From assembly GCA_964016885.1 (NCBI GenBank), contig OZ024742.1:333932001-333996000 (forward strand): a stretch of 64,000 nt of DNA, in the 5' to 3' direction. Position numbers and translations under genes: made by a program. Below, piece by piece: positions 13,251-28,697 of the stretch. Source of the DNA: Eledone cirrhosa (taxonomy: Eukaryota). The first letter of the stretch is position 1. Every line of letters begins with the position of its first letter. A model generated the notes under the pieces. It saw nothing but the letters and a program-made list of their open reading frames with translations, was not told the origin of the DNA and made no database searches.

Positions 13251-13702
13251 TCTTATCGTACTCTTTTCTTTCCTTACATTCACACTCAAGAAACGTCAAA
13301 CACACCATTCCTCCACATCTTGGTCGTTCCATATTTATACTGTCAGTCTGTAACATGAAATTCAATCAAGTCTTATGATACTATAAGTACACAGGTAAAA
13401 CTACATAGTATAAACATTCATGGCTTAGTCATAATCGAGAATGGTTTTAAACTTAAACGCTAATTCGGTATTGAATACAACTTCTAGCCTCCATCCACAT
13501 CAAATATATATATATATATATGTGTGTGTCTGTGTATGCATGTGTGAGTATGTGTTTGCATGCGTGTGTGTAGGTACATCTATGTATGTAATATATCTAT
13601 ATATATATATATATATTTCGTTTCTGAATTTGTTTAGCAAGATTCTTTATCTGAAAACGTGTGTTGAAATCGATATTGTTATACTTTGGGAGGGTCATGT
13701 TG

Positions 13703-13775
<73 letters not shown>

Positions 13776-14811
13776 TTATATATATATATATATATATATG
13801 TATTTATATATATATATATATATATATGTATTTATATATATATATATATATATATGTATTTATATATATATATATATGTATGTATTTATATATATATATA
13901 TATACTTGATCGTACCTATAAATTTATATTATGTATGTATGAGCAGAAAACCTTGAGAGAGCCACATGAGTGAATGGTGTTGTTTGAAGTGATCAATTTA
14001 GTAAAAGCTTTTATTTTCACTAATGATGAAATGTTCAATGGACCGAATCATTTTGACGTAATTGCCATTCTACTGGCGCCGTCACAGTATGCAATTAGTC
14101 TCTCCCTATATATATATACACACACGCATACGCACACACACACACACACGCGCGCACATACACGTATTCATATATGTATGTATGTTCAACTCTGTATACA
14201 TCTACATATAAACAGAAAGAGAGGGAAAGTAATGCAGTTAAGCACACACGGACATGGAATTACATTTAGTGATTTATGCTCCTTAGCGAATGTTTCCATA
14301 TGTATATATATATACATGGTGGCTGCGAACTCGTTTTCGAGTACGGCCACTACCCTATATCCATGTAGGAGAACCCCTACCGATGCGCTGAACGAGTGTG
14401 ACCTTTTAGTCCAGCCAGCGACTTGAAAACTCTGGTACAAACACTACACTTGTGACAATTATTGACACATAGTGCTGGGCCCATGGTACCATGTGACGAC
14501 AAGTGAGGAGAGATCTCCAGATATAAAGCAATGCCTGTGCCGTGAAACTTTTATAGTGAGCAAAGGCACCGCACAAAGCCAGTCCCACTCTCTTAACCAA
14601 GATGATATTTACCAAAAAAGAAGAACAAGTCAACATCATTGGATACCATCAGGGTTGCAGGTGTTATCTCAGAGTTTTCCTTTTCCTAGAATTCTGCCTT
14701 GACAAAGGCTAAGGGGTCATATACATACATACATACACATACATACATATACATACATACATACACAAATATACACATACATACATACATACATATATAC
14801 ATACATACATA

Positions 14812-15640
14812 TTGAGACGTAAAACACAGACCATAGAGGGGATAAACCACTCAAAAAGCCTGGCATGGAGTTCCGACAAGTTTACAACATCACACCTTGA
14901 GGGATATCTCTATGCAATACAGGAACAAGAAATCCATGCGAAATATCTGCTGCACAAAAGGGGAGGGCCAGCAGCTGACAATAAATGTAGGCTATGTAAA
15001 TCAAAGATCGAGGATGTAAGCCACATTGTTGCCAGCTGCAAAAGAATGTCATCTCGCTACTACCTCCCCATGAGACACGATGGGATAGCTAGAACCATCT
15101 GGAACGCACTTCGGAAAACAAAATTAACAACAAACGAGGAAGAATATATTGAGAGAGATGGTACTAAGGAATACTGGTGGAACCTGAAAATAAAAACTGC
15201 CACCAAATTAAAGCACAACCGGCCTGATATTGTTGTTTGGGACCACACATTGAAAACGTGTTCTGTTGTGGAGATCAGCTGCCCACTTTATGTAAAAGTT
15301 GTCAGAAAAATACACGAGAAGGAGGGCATCTACGGACCATTGATGAGGAGTTTACAAATCCAGTATCCAAGATACACCTTTAGCTTCATACCCATCATTA
15401 TTGGAGCTGCGGGTTATATACCAACCCGTTTGGAGCAAATTATGACTGAACTTGGATTTGCGGACAAAAAGCGCAGCTCCCTAATTCATAGTCTACAGAT
15501 GGGTGCGATAGTTGGCACCTTCAAAATTTGCAAAACATTCTTGCGATTCAGGGGATGACAATTTATTTACTTTTACAACCTTGCCACCAGAAGGGTGGCC
15601 GGTCCAAAAAATGTACTCGAATTTAAGAGAAAGAGATACA
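14812..15640 (+). mobile_element. 3' fragment of a restriction-like-endonuclease non-LTR retrotransposon (R4-like)
   Basis: ORF 14812-15558: QEQEI, CRLC..E...HI..C zinc knuckle, RHD, NRPDIV, VEISCP; flanked by (TACA)n/(TA)n. Confidence 0.88.
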
Positions 15641-15685
15641 TATATACACATATATATATATATATATATATTTATACATATACAC

Positions 15686-15764
<79 letters not shown>

Positions 15765-15808
15765 TATATATCTATACATATACATATATATATATATATA
15801 TATATGTA

Positions 15809-15842
<34 letters not shown>

Positions 15843-15852
15843 CATATACATA

Positions 15853-15883
<31 letters not shown>

Positions 15884-15919
15884 TTATACATATACATATA
15901 TATATATTTATACATATAC

Positions 15920-15968
<49 letters not shown>

Positions 15969-16020
15969 CATATATGTATACATATATATATATATGTATA
16001 TATATTTATATATATAGTAT
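15640..16020. repeat. (TA)n/(TACA) microsatellite
   Basis: Direct observation. Confidence 0.95.
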
Positions 16021-16218
16021 TAAGGATACTATTTATGATTATGTATATACTAACACTTTTTATAGTTATATATATATTATACCCTAAATAGTGAAAGACA
16101 GTAATTTATTACTATCTTTTTACCAGTAAGATAAATAGCTCAATGTAACAACATCAGTTGTTTTACAGAGTAGTTATATAGAGATTACATGAAACAAAGT
16201 TCTGTTTAAATCATTCAT

Positions 16219-16267
16219 TTGCTTACAATTGTTTCTTCCAAACCGAGGTTTGATGTCTTCGGAGCAA
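16219..16267 (-). ncRNA. Hammerhead-like motif (U4C variant or decayed)
   Basis: Minus strand UUGCU-CCGAAGA-..CAAACC(UC)GGUUUG..-GAAAC-AAUU-GUA-AGCAA; 5-bp stem I, palindromic stem III. Confidence 0.65.
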
Positions 16268-17539
16268 TTATTCAGTGATTTTTAACATACTTGACCTCCT
16301 TTTCAACACAAGAGACATATAGAAACATATATATATATTGACCCACAGTGGGTTGACATCCATTATAATAATATAGCATGGTAATTTACATACAAAGATT
16401 ACAGTCATATTAAAGGATAAAATTAAAGTTAAAATTAAAATTAAAATTAAAATAAAACATTGGCAGTCTACTAAGATAAAGCAAAAGGAAAGTTTGGAGT
16501 AACCAGTGTATGCAACAGTCACACGTGTGGCATGCACGCGTATCCTATTTATACAAGATTATAGTGCGGCAGATTGTTACAAGTAAAACAAGCAGTCAAA
16601 GCAGGCAATCAAGAGCATCATGGGGGCTGAACTGGTAAAGCATTATTCACACACACCTGTACGATATAGAAGCCCATGTGTGGAGAAACACCAAACATAT
16701 CAAAAATATTACAGATGAGAAGCAAAACAGCACCACTGTCCTCGTACACACCACCACTCTCACAGTCCAGGAAACGCAATTTATAGACTACATGTCCATC
16801 TCACAATCCACGATGATTCAACATTGGGTGCCTGGCGAACCATGCTAGAACATCACTGCATGTCGTTCTTTAATTCGATTCCATAGACCAGGTTGTTTTT
16901 GTTGTGAGAGATGACATCGTATTATATTCCGGAAGTGTGTGTGTGATTAAGGGGAGATAATGCGTAAGGGAGGTAACTAGCTGATTTCTATAGCTAAATG
17001 TATTATCCTAAAGTACATTAATGGTGTCTCAAATGAGTTCCCATCATATAAGGTTATAAACAATTTCTAAATTTAAGTATCTTATCTATAAATATCAGTG
17101 TAGTCTATCAAGAAGTACTAAAGGTGTTCATATTAGGATGATTACCTTGTATCATAGTGTGCCCCCACCGAACATTCCACATGAAGAGTCAGATCTCCAA
17201 ATCAATGATCTTTGTAAGTGTAGTCCAACCGCAGGACCTGGCAGGGTCTTATTAGAATCAGTTCTATATATGACTCCTGGTAAGTTCCGGGTCATTGCAT
17301 GTCTGTTTGCATGGCAAAGTTAAATATCACTAGGGTAGTCCAGAGATCAATTGTCACTTACAAAGACACTAATCTGACCATCACGTCATACATGTATTTA
17401 TAACTCATACATCACCTGTACATAATTCATTGCACTCAGCATATAGATTATATAGCTCTTTTATGTTAATAAATTAATTACTTAATCTTCCATTTATCCA
17501 ATCATGGCACTAAATACACAGGACAATGTTAGCACAACC

Positions 17540-18571
17540 AATTCCGTGCTTAAAGTTTACATTGGTGTAATGTAGTCCAAGCAATTGAAGGCCAATATAC
17601 CAAAAGTAGAAGTACATGGGGATATCTCCAAGGTAAAAGGTACTAGGAGGATGTCACTATTTGCGTTAAAGTGGATTAATGGGTGTGGAGATGAGGTATA
17701 AGGTGTGCCCCTGATGATTGCTGCTAGAGGTGGTGACGGGTTCAAGTCTGACATTGTTATATATTGGGTTATATATAAAGTTTTCGAAGGAGTGTCGGAA
17801 GCGGTGTTGGCAAGACGCGAACACTTCTGATTTTTTATTAAGGAGGTTATAGTTTGAGAAGATGATAGTATGGGTCTCTAGTAGACAGAGGTTACAAAAT
17901 GTATTAGGTGGTTTGTACGATGTCGCGTTACCTATCACTTCCCATTTAAGTGTATATGGTTTATTTTTAGTTTTTAGATAGTGTATGTAGCTAGGTAGTG
18001 AAGTGGAGACTGTGTTTTTTGAAAGAGTGGAGGTGCGAATTGTATCTGGTTTTGAAGCAGTTTGAAGTAGAGCCTATATAGGTTTCAGAAGAGTTGCTAG
18101 TTGTGACTGTGCATGAGTATATGATATCCTTGGTTAAACATTTTTTATCTAAAGGGCAGGTTCTATTTGATCTACAGTTACAATTATTCTAGGTGTTAGT
18201 CTGCCGGTTATTATGTTGTGTAGAAGTCTGGATGGTAGCTATAGGGTTATCTTTATGTGGGTTGACGTTCCCAGCGTTATTGTTTCCACTAGTGTTATTA
18301 CTATTATTTCTATTGATATTAGGGTTAGTTGCTATAATGTTATTTTGAAGGTTTATCGTCTGTTGTGATTTAGTTTGCTGGAAGTAAGAATTAATTTTTC
18401 TTTTATTGCTACTAGCTATGTGGTATGCTATGTTAGGCGTAGTAGAGTAGGAGATTTTAATGGTGTTTTTGTTTAAAAGGCTATGGTACTTATGGCCGGA
18501 TGGGAAGTTTTTATCTAGTAGTGAGAAGAAAGCACTAGGTAGGTTGGTAGAGACGTTTAGATTGAAAGGAG

Positions 18572-18574
<3 letters not shown>
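17540..18574 (-). mobile_element. PLE 3' fragment (linker + GIY-YIG endonuclease), truncated at (TA)n
   Basis: [27 protein letters not shown] (18189-18574), CNCRSNRTCPL, YIGSTS, FCNLCLLE..LLNKKSE (17666-17938); homologous to 760-1680. Confidence 0.88.
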
Positions 18575-19230
<656 letters not shown>

Positions 19231-19544
19231 TACTTTTATAACCGTCACCCGTGTCCGAAATAAATACATATTCACATACAAAAGATACGCGCTTGAATCT
19301 AATTGGATAGAAAAATATTTATTTTTACTAGAGATACACGCGAGTATGGGCACCTGCACCCACACATGCGCGCGTATGTGAATGTGTGTGTGTTTTCTTT
19401 ATGTATGAAAATAAATATGAATTCCATAATGAACTAAATACGTGATATCGACAGTCGAACGGCTTTCATCAAATCAGACCGGGGAAATAACGTTTCCGTT
19501 GGTCTATCCAATCGCTAATACTATCTATCGGTCGCAACTCGAGG

Positions 19545-19663
19545 TAGATGGAGCAGCGCGAATAAAGTGTCTTGCCCAAGGATATAACGCATCACCCGGT
19601 CTGGGAATGGAACGCACAACGTCACGATTGCGATTCTAATTCTCTAACAACTGAGCCACACGC
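19545..19663 (-). mobile_element. tRNA-derived SINE (second family), diverged
   Basis: Reverse complement matches the 55151-55272 head and TCCTTGGGCAAGACACTT motif. Confidence 0.7.
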
Positions 19664-20111
19664 TGTTTCCTATTTACATTCGAAAATTCGGTAATCACGA
19701 AGTTTCGTAAAATCTGGCAAATTGAAATTATGTTAAGAGATGTGCAGTATTGTTAGATCGTCAGATACTTGTTCCATGCAATTAGTATGTATACCTCGCT
19801 GGAGACCCCATCGCTTTTCATTCTTTCAAGGTTAGTAACATACTACCAGCGCGGTTTTCTATGAGCCCACTCCGCTTCCAGCCTCAAATCCTAGTTATTT
19901 TCCCGAATAAAATAATGAAGATTCAAAATGTTTCTATTTGTAGGCCATAGCATAGGTAACCATAAGAATTAACGAATGCTGGTACAAACTACTATGTCAT
20001 ACTTGATTGCATATGTGATCAGTAGTTTTTGTCAAAGTGAAATGACTTCGTAAGCAGAGCTGAGTTCATTAATTCTTTTTTTCTGGAAAGCATTATCTTT
20101 AAATTTTATTA

Positions 20112-20520
20112 GTCATTTCTTTATTGGCCACTAAGCCCGAAAGATAATGGATAATTCAAAGATAGAGACAGATGGCTTTACGTTAGGAAATTTATAATAG
20201 GTAATAATTAATAACAATAAAATTCCCCAATAGGGGTGGATACCACGCAGGGTTATTAGGATCCCCAAGAGATCCGAAAACAAGCTGATCACCAAGAGCA
20301 CCACAAGAAGCTGCCTCACATCTCTCCAAAATCTTCAGCCAATAGGTATATGCTCAGAGTACACCCAGCCTATCAATCCATCCTCGCCACATTCACCAAC
20401 CTTTTAGGGGGAGGGGCAGCACTTCCCTCTCCACCCTTTCTTTCCTAGTGGATCTTAAAAAGTGTACCAGGGCTTAGCCGAAGGAAAAGGTATGTGTCCG
20501 CAGCCCTTTTCGTCGTGTTT
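20112..20520 (-). mobile_element. Tx1-clade LINE 3' fragment, decayed
   Basis: Shares GTGGCCAATAAAGAAA end, CCTATTGGGGAA motif and ORF2 C-terminal remnant with 28696-30083 and 44940-50781. Confidence 0.75.
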
Positions 20521-20549
20521 ACTTCAAGGAGACTTCGGATGAGCCCCAT

Positions 20550-21300
20550 TTCGACTACTTCTATTTGCAATCGTATTCTTTCGGTAATTACTCAATATTC
20601 CTGACCAAGATTAAGAGTAGGCGCGAAAAACTGATTGAAGATAATGTGTTTAGCTTTTACACACACCTCACTTCTTCTGATTTCCAAATACGGAATCTGG
20701 CACATTACTGACCGGATCCTCCAAATTTTTAGCCTTCTGAATTCCGCCTACATCAGTATAAGTCCACATACATGTTGAGTGCGCTGCTTACGTTTTCCTG
20801 AGAAAATGAGACTCAATCTTCGCATCACTGATTTAACATTCCCTGCCCACTGCTGCGGACAATTACATACTGATCGCCTTTTGACCAGTTATGTATTGCA
20901 TTACCGTCTAGAAATGCCAGACGTTTGAGTCTACATCCTCTATGTCCATGACAATCCTGTTCATAACAATTACGAAGAGGGAAGATGACAATGCGCCTCA
21001 TTGATGGAGTCTAACATCCACATTGAATGGTTTCGCACCATTTATCCTGACGCATATATTGAGTCACTCGTATAGGAACTTCAAGATAACACGCAGCTGT
21101 AAATCCATCCGATACACTTTCAGAATCCTCCACATGTCCCGTGGAACACTTTCGTATGCCTTTTCGAGGTCCACTAAACAATATGACATCTCTTATAAAT
21201 ACTCTCCTAATTCCTCGAAGACGTGTCCAGAATCAAAAATTGGTCAGCTCTGCTACGGCGGGAGGAGGACACCTCATTAGGAAGTCGGTGGACGATCTGC
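20550..21300 (-). mobile_element. RTE-type LINE reverse transcriptase relic
   Basis: Minus-strand translation CLVDLEKAYESVPR..VRINGAKPFNVDVRLHQ*GALSSSLFVIVM with stops. Confidence 0.7.
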
Positions 21301-23034
21301 CAGAATATATTTATTTGCTGATATAAAGTCGAATTACAGCTTAATACCAAAGTCCTCCCATGCATTTTCTAATTGATTTGCAGAATCAACACTAACGTAG
21401 ATCTAAACCGAAAAATAACATATCAGCATGTATTTCCAGTCATCAAAACTACATGAACGTCTTCATCCTAGTGTGTTTTACCCGCCTGTCAGAAGAACTT
21501 ATTAAATAACCTCTTCTCATTTAATGCATCTGATAATGTTTAAACACGCTACTTTATATGTTCAAAGTTTTAATTTATGGACAAGAAAAATGTTTTTATT
21601 TATATGGGACCAAAGAAACTATCCAATTTTCATTTTATTTTCAATATCTGCCGGTCGCAGCTCCAAGAGAAAGAGGTGAGATTTGAACTTAGAACTCACT
21701 GACACGTGCCAGGTACTTCAACGTAGCCCGCCCGCCTCTTTAACAATTCTACTCATATACTCACCTCCGGAAAAGTTATGCAACGGAAAAGAAAGATGTA
21801 AGGCGAAGTTGACATCAGTGAGATTTGAACAGAGAGAACAAAGAACCAGATCAAATAGCGAAAGATTTAATCAACAAACTCTGACTCTGCAGCATCACGA
21901 CCTAAACAAATTCATAACATGTTAAAAATCAAAACATTTTTGCGAGATACAATGAAGTTCACTTTATCAAAATTAATCCAGAATGTTCCTGCTTTACCTA
22001 ATTGTATTTGGTTTATAGACTCCTTAGAGGATGGAAGTCTGAGGTAATCCGAAAGGCATTTGAACACATTGCGGAAAGAAACGCTATTAATACACCAAGA
22101 AATAGCGACGTCTGATCTAAATTTGGTAGTTCAATGATGTAACAAAAAATAGCATTTACTCCGGGATTATCAATGTTTCAGAGTAATTTAATGTTTCATG
22201 CATTCTTTTACTTTTCGTCGGTGCTGGGGATCTTCTAGCTCCTCTGTGAAATGAAAGTGTATAAGTTCCTATGGAGACCGCAGCTCTGTCAAAAGAAAAT
22301 ACAAAAATAATCAATCTTTGATTTAGAAATTCATAGAAATACAACTTTAATTAAATATTGTTGTAATGTTCAGTTTTAAATGTTTTCTATTATAGCCTTC
22401 AATCCGGCTCTATGTAAAAATATATAATACAAAACATATTGTTAAATATATCTAGTATGTGAATTATCAAACAATAATTCTTTAAATTTACAAATTTCTC
22501 TGCATGTAACTTCTATTAAATATTCTTTAAGTGTTCAAGCTTAAATCGTTTTCCTTCAGTCCATTTTTATATATTTTATATACTTCATCAGCGAGTAGTT
22601 GACGCGGAAGTGGTCTTCTCCATCCCTGCCCTATTAAAAAAAAATGTTAAATGTTCAATAAATTTAGTATGTGATTGGAACTACTAAGAAAATATGTCTA
22701 AGTGTGCAATTTACTGCAGAGTTACAGTGGGATTCAGGAAGTATCTCGCGTTTCTACTGACGAAGACTGTGAATCATCAACTAATGTTATTTTTTTTTTT
22801 ATGTTACACAACGTCTGGTTTGACTTTGGCTTTTTTAATGTCCTAAGTAGTAAATGTGCTGTCGGCTACTTAGAAAATCCTTACATTTTGTCCTGCTACA
22901 TTTAACACATTTTCAAATCCCTCAGTAATCGATTTACTTCATTCACACGGCTCGATCCCTTTCTGTGACATTCGTTCTATATATATACACACATACATAG
23001 ATACACCGACACATACGCACACATAAACACATTT

Positions 23035-23070
<36 letters not shown>

Positions 23071-23459
23071 TTCATACATATATATATATATATACCTGTG
23101 TGTGTGCGTGTGTGCAGAGAGAGAGGGTGGGGGGGAGGGAAGAGGGGGGGGATGGAGATAGATTGATGATTCATAATATTCGAAACGGATGCACAATTAT
23201 CGAGAGAAAGTGAGGCTAAACACCAATATCTAGCGTTGTTTCTTCCTTCCTTTGTGCATATGTATATATGGTTACATTGCTATTCATTCTACCATGACGA
23301 AATTGTTTTCTCCTCCACAAAATATGTCAGATGATATTACTTTGCAAACAGTTGAGATATACATATGTATCTCAAACAAATGATACAAGATATTAAAATT
23401 ATAAGTTAACGTAAGGATTGAAAACAATGTTTCGCCATTCACGCCTTTTTGTAATGAGA

Positions 23460-23585
23460 AAGTTAGTGGTAAGACTATTCAGCTCACGATCGTAATTTTG
23501 CGGGTTCGATTCCCTGTGATTTCTTTCCTTAACCAAGTCACTTTATGTTACGCCTTCCAGACACTCAGCTAGAAAATAAATGAAT
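23460..23585 (+). mobile_element. tRNA-derived SINE (second family), decayed
   Basis: A-box AGTGGTAAG and B-box GGTTCGATTCCC. Confidence 0.55.
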
Positions 23586-23612
23586 TGCAACCGTATTTTA
23601 ATTGGCCAGCAT

Positions 23613-24190
23613 CGGTGAATTGGCAGTATCGGTAGAGGGTTGGATTATGCTTTCCAGCATAGTTACGTCCCTTTACAATCTGAGTTCAATTCCCGCCGAG
23701 GTTAACTTTGCCTTTCATCCTTACGGGGTCGATAAAATAAAGTACCAGTAATGTACTGAGATAATTGCTGGCCTTGTGCCAACAAGTAGAAACAATTATT
23801 ATTTGGCAGTATCGGTAGAGTGTCGGACGCCATGCTTTGACGCATAGAGTCACGGCCCTTTCCATATTGAGTTCAAATCCCGCCGAGGTTAACTTTGCCT
23901 TTCATCCTTACGGGGTCGATAAAATAAAGTACCAGTCATGTACTGGGTAATTGCTGGCCTTTTGCTAAAAGTAGAAACAATTATTATAGAATTAATAGGC
24001 GGTAGATTGGCAGTGTCAGTTGAGGGTCGGATGCCATGATTTGCAGCATAGTATTACGGCCCTTTACGGTTTGAGTTCAAATCCCACCGAGGTTAATTTT
24101 TCCTTTCATCCTTACGGGGTCGATGAAATAAAGTGTCAGTAATGCACTTGGATAATTGCTGGCCTTGTGCCAAAAGTAGAAACAATTATA
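23613..24190 (+). mobile_element. Three head-to-tail MetaSINE-core SINE copies
   Basis: Units about 23613-23800, 23802-23990 and 23997-24190, each with B-box, core and GTAGAAACAATTAT tail. Confidence 0.9.
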
Positions 24191-24708
24191 GAATTAACTA
24201 AATGAAATTCACGTTTGTGGAAGTCTCAGCCACTTGTATGTAAATTTCAGGAGCAGTTCTCGTACCAGCGGTAATACACGTTGTTGTAAATGACAGAGGT
24301 TAAATATACACATATTATAGACCACCAAGTGTTCGCTCGACATGATTAAAATAACAGTCGAACCTCCCTTAAATCACATCCTATAGTTGTGGAAAACGAA
24401 GGTCAGCAACAAAACCAAATTGATAAATAAAAGAAACAATGTCCACGACCAGACAACGAAAACGTTCCCGATTTTATATACACTATATTATTATATAAAT
24501 AGTTTCAGTCATTCGACTACGGTCATGCTACGGCACCGCTTTAAGGCACTTTAGACTATCATATCGTTACACTTGATTGTGTTTTATATACGACATTTAT
24601 GTTTGTTTGAGATGTATCAGCGTGTATATATATATATTATATATAAATATATATGTGTGTGTATGTGTGTGTGTTTGTGTGTGTGTGTGTGTGGAGATAT
24701 ATATATAT

Positions 24709-24932
24709 ATAGGAACGAGTAGGACCCCGACGGCTGAGCTCAAGCGGTTTCGACGGCTAATTCTGGATTAAAAAAAAAAAAAACTTTTTTTTTTTAGTCC
24801 AGAATTAGCCGTCGAAACGGCTTGAGCTCAGCCGTCGGGGTCCTACTCGTTCCTATTACCCACTCTACTACCCTAAGTATTGAGTACTTTGGTGCGTTAT
24901 GGTCCACCTGGTTCCTTACCACATTTCCTTCG

Positions 24933-24934
<2 letters not shown>
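24709..24934 (-). mobile_element. Fold-back family A, copy 3
   Basis: Near-perfect hairpin 24709-24856 with A/T-run centre, then unique tail; (TA)n flanks. Confidence 0.85.
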
Positions 24935-24982
<48 letters not shown>

Positions 24983-25204
24983 TTAAAACAGCTGAGAAAA
25001 AGCTTATGTACTTCATGCAATCAGACCTGACCACCTCTAAAATTCTAAACAGGGAAGACCATGAAAGAAATGCTCCCAAACTGGAAGAAATGACTCAAAA
25101 TTGGAAGATTTTACACAATGAAAGCTATACCCATTTCCAGAAGAGACTACATATCTCACTCACCCCAAATTAGGTAGAAGATCTCCCCGTCGGACGGGGA
25201 GAGT

Positions 25205-25870
25205 TGACAGGCCTGTGGAATTAATTTCCTAATCATCTTCACACACATCGCCCAGCAATGTTTTCGCTGTTCGATGAATGCTTTGAATGCCTCCTCTGGA
25301 ATGGCACTCAGCTCCGCCGACGCATCTCCTATAATGAATTCTCGACTCCGAAACTTTCAGTAGCATTTTCCATTTAGAAGTTAGAAGAAAAAACCATGCC
25401 TGAAGAGTAGGGAGGCCGACGAATAAGATGGAATTGCAAAGCCTACAAATGCTATCAATCTCTTGCGACGAACTACGTTGGTGGACATCCTGATAGTTTT
25501 TCTTTGTAAAGGTTTCTCCCTCGTATTCGTGATATTTGGAGAAAACTGTCAATATCAAATTTCATTTTGATCTACACGTGTTGTGCTTTTGGGACCCAGA
25601 AAGGCGTTGGAAGTTTTCATTGTAATGACAGGGCTTAAGTTACACCAATGCCTCACCACATGTTATTAAGTTATTCAGAAATTCAGAGTCCATGTTGGCA
25701 GTTTCGGACGAAATGAAAACTTGACGAGTAAATGGTAAAGTCCCTCACATGTTAGTTGTCTTAAAGCGACTAACGTGCCCAATATGTGTGGCTCCATTCG
25801 GCACATTTGCCCTAACGTCATTATTTCATACTGAAAAAAAACGCCGGAAATTTTTCGACAGTCCTCGTAT
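25205..25870 (-). mobile_element. Mariner-type DNA transposon relic, internally deleted
   Basis: TACGAGGACTGTCGAAAAATTTCCGG left end; transposase remnants DSEFLNNLITCGE, ILTVF..HEY.GET, PPYS, AELSAIPEEAF..CWAMCV. Confidence 0.7.
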
Positions 25871-26205
25871 ATGTGTGTACATATGTATTTTACGTGACAT
25901 ATTTTCTTTGTCTCATTTTCTACCTCTATCTGTCTGTCTGCCATCACATATCTCTCCCCAACTTATTGTCTGTGCAATTCTTTGGATCTCTCTATTTTTC
26001 TCTCGCTCTTTCTTTTTTTCTGTACCTCTGTCTCAGGCGCTATATAAATCCTGCATATCTGTGTATGTATGGATGTGTCATATATTTCATTATGTCTCGT
26101 CTAAACGAGTATTTGCTCTACACTTGGTACTTTATCTATAATTCTCATATATTAACCATTTCCTTTTTCTCCTAATACAATCTCTTTGTCGCCTTATCAA
26201 AGCAG

Positions 26206-26291
<86 letters not shown>

Positions 26292-26548
26292 CTGAAAATA
26301 TACACACGCCAAATCATCCCCACCTCCTGTCCTTTATACGTCTACCTGCGTTGCTATGTGCCCGTTCCTTCATCATCTTTATCCCTTTATCTTTTGGCTT
26401 GACAAATCGTCGTTTAAAGTAAATATATATATAATTAGAAAGCAATATAGCTTTTTTTTCCGGATTCTCCCCAAACACAAACAGAAACATCGTCAAACCA
26501 ACAACAGCAATACTACTTTCACAGCACCACAATAACATCACTTCCCGC

Positions 26549-27500
<952 letters not shown>

Positions 27501-27806
27501 TATACATATAAAATATGTATATTCATACACACATACACACACATACACACATACACACATACACACATACACACACATACACACATACACACATACACAC
27601 ATACATCCCAATATTTACGTTCATTCTCTGCTATGTAAATCCTATTTCCATTCATTTTATTTCCAGTTTGCCTAAATCCATTTTTGTTCTGTTTTACTCA
27701 TTACGTTTATCTTTTCCGTTGATCCATTTCTAGAGATTGTATGAAACATACTTACGGATAAATGTTTACACACAGTCAAACTGTCGCATACAATTATACA
27801 CACACG

Positions 27807-27863
<57 letters not shown>

Positions 27864-27905
27864 ACACATATATATATAATATATATATATAAATATATAT
27901 ATATG

Positions 27906-27946
<41 letters not shown>

Positions 27947-28010
27947 ATATATATATATATATATATATATGATATATATATATATAACATAATACATATA
28001 TATATATATA

Positions 28011-28136
<126 letters not shown>

Positions 28137-28642
28137 TGATTACTCCAATTACGATTTCCTTTCTATGATAGTTGATGCTGCTGCTCACTCCCGTAACACA
28201 CCTAGCACCACTCACACATACATATACATACACACTCACCTATCTACACACACAGAGGCAATCCCGCATACATATGCACACATAAACGGAGGCATACATA
28301 TACATTCTACAATACACACACATATATATATATACATTCTTTATCTCTACAGTTTTATTATATTCTGAAAATTCTTTTTGTTCTTCACACAATTTGTTAG
28401 CATCTCAGTTTTTCTTTCACTTCCATTACTCCGCCATGTTGTTTCTCTATTAACTATATCTTTCCTCCATTTCTTCTGGTTTCTTCTTCATTAACTTCTT
28501 CCTTCTCTTCTTATTTGTTATTATCATCATTATCGTCATGTGTCCCTATCATTATCTTCATCACCATAATAATTGTTTCTACATTTTAGCACAAGGCCAG
28601 CAATCACCCAGTACATTACTGGTACTTTATTTTATCGACCCC

Positions 28643-28697
<55 letters not shown>

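Noticed and set aside
14318-14720. Possible RTE-type 5' UTR or HDV-like ribozyme (minus strand GCCTTTGTCAAGGCAG..TAGGAAAAGGAAAACTCTG)
   Set aside because: The resemblance is from memory only, and I could not build the nested double pseudoknot.
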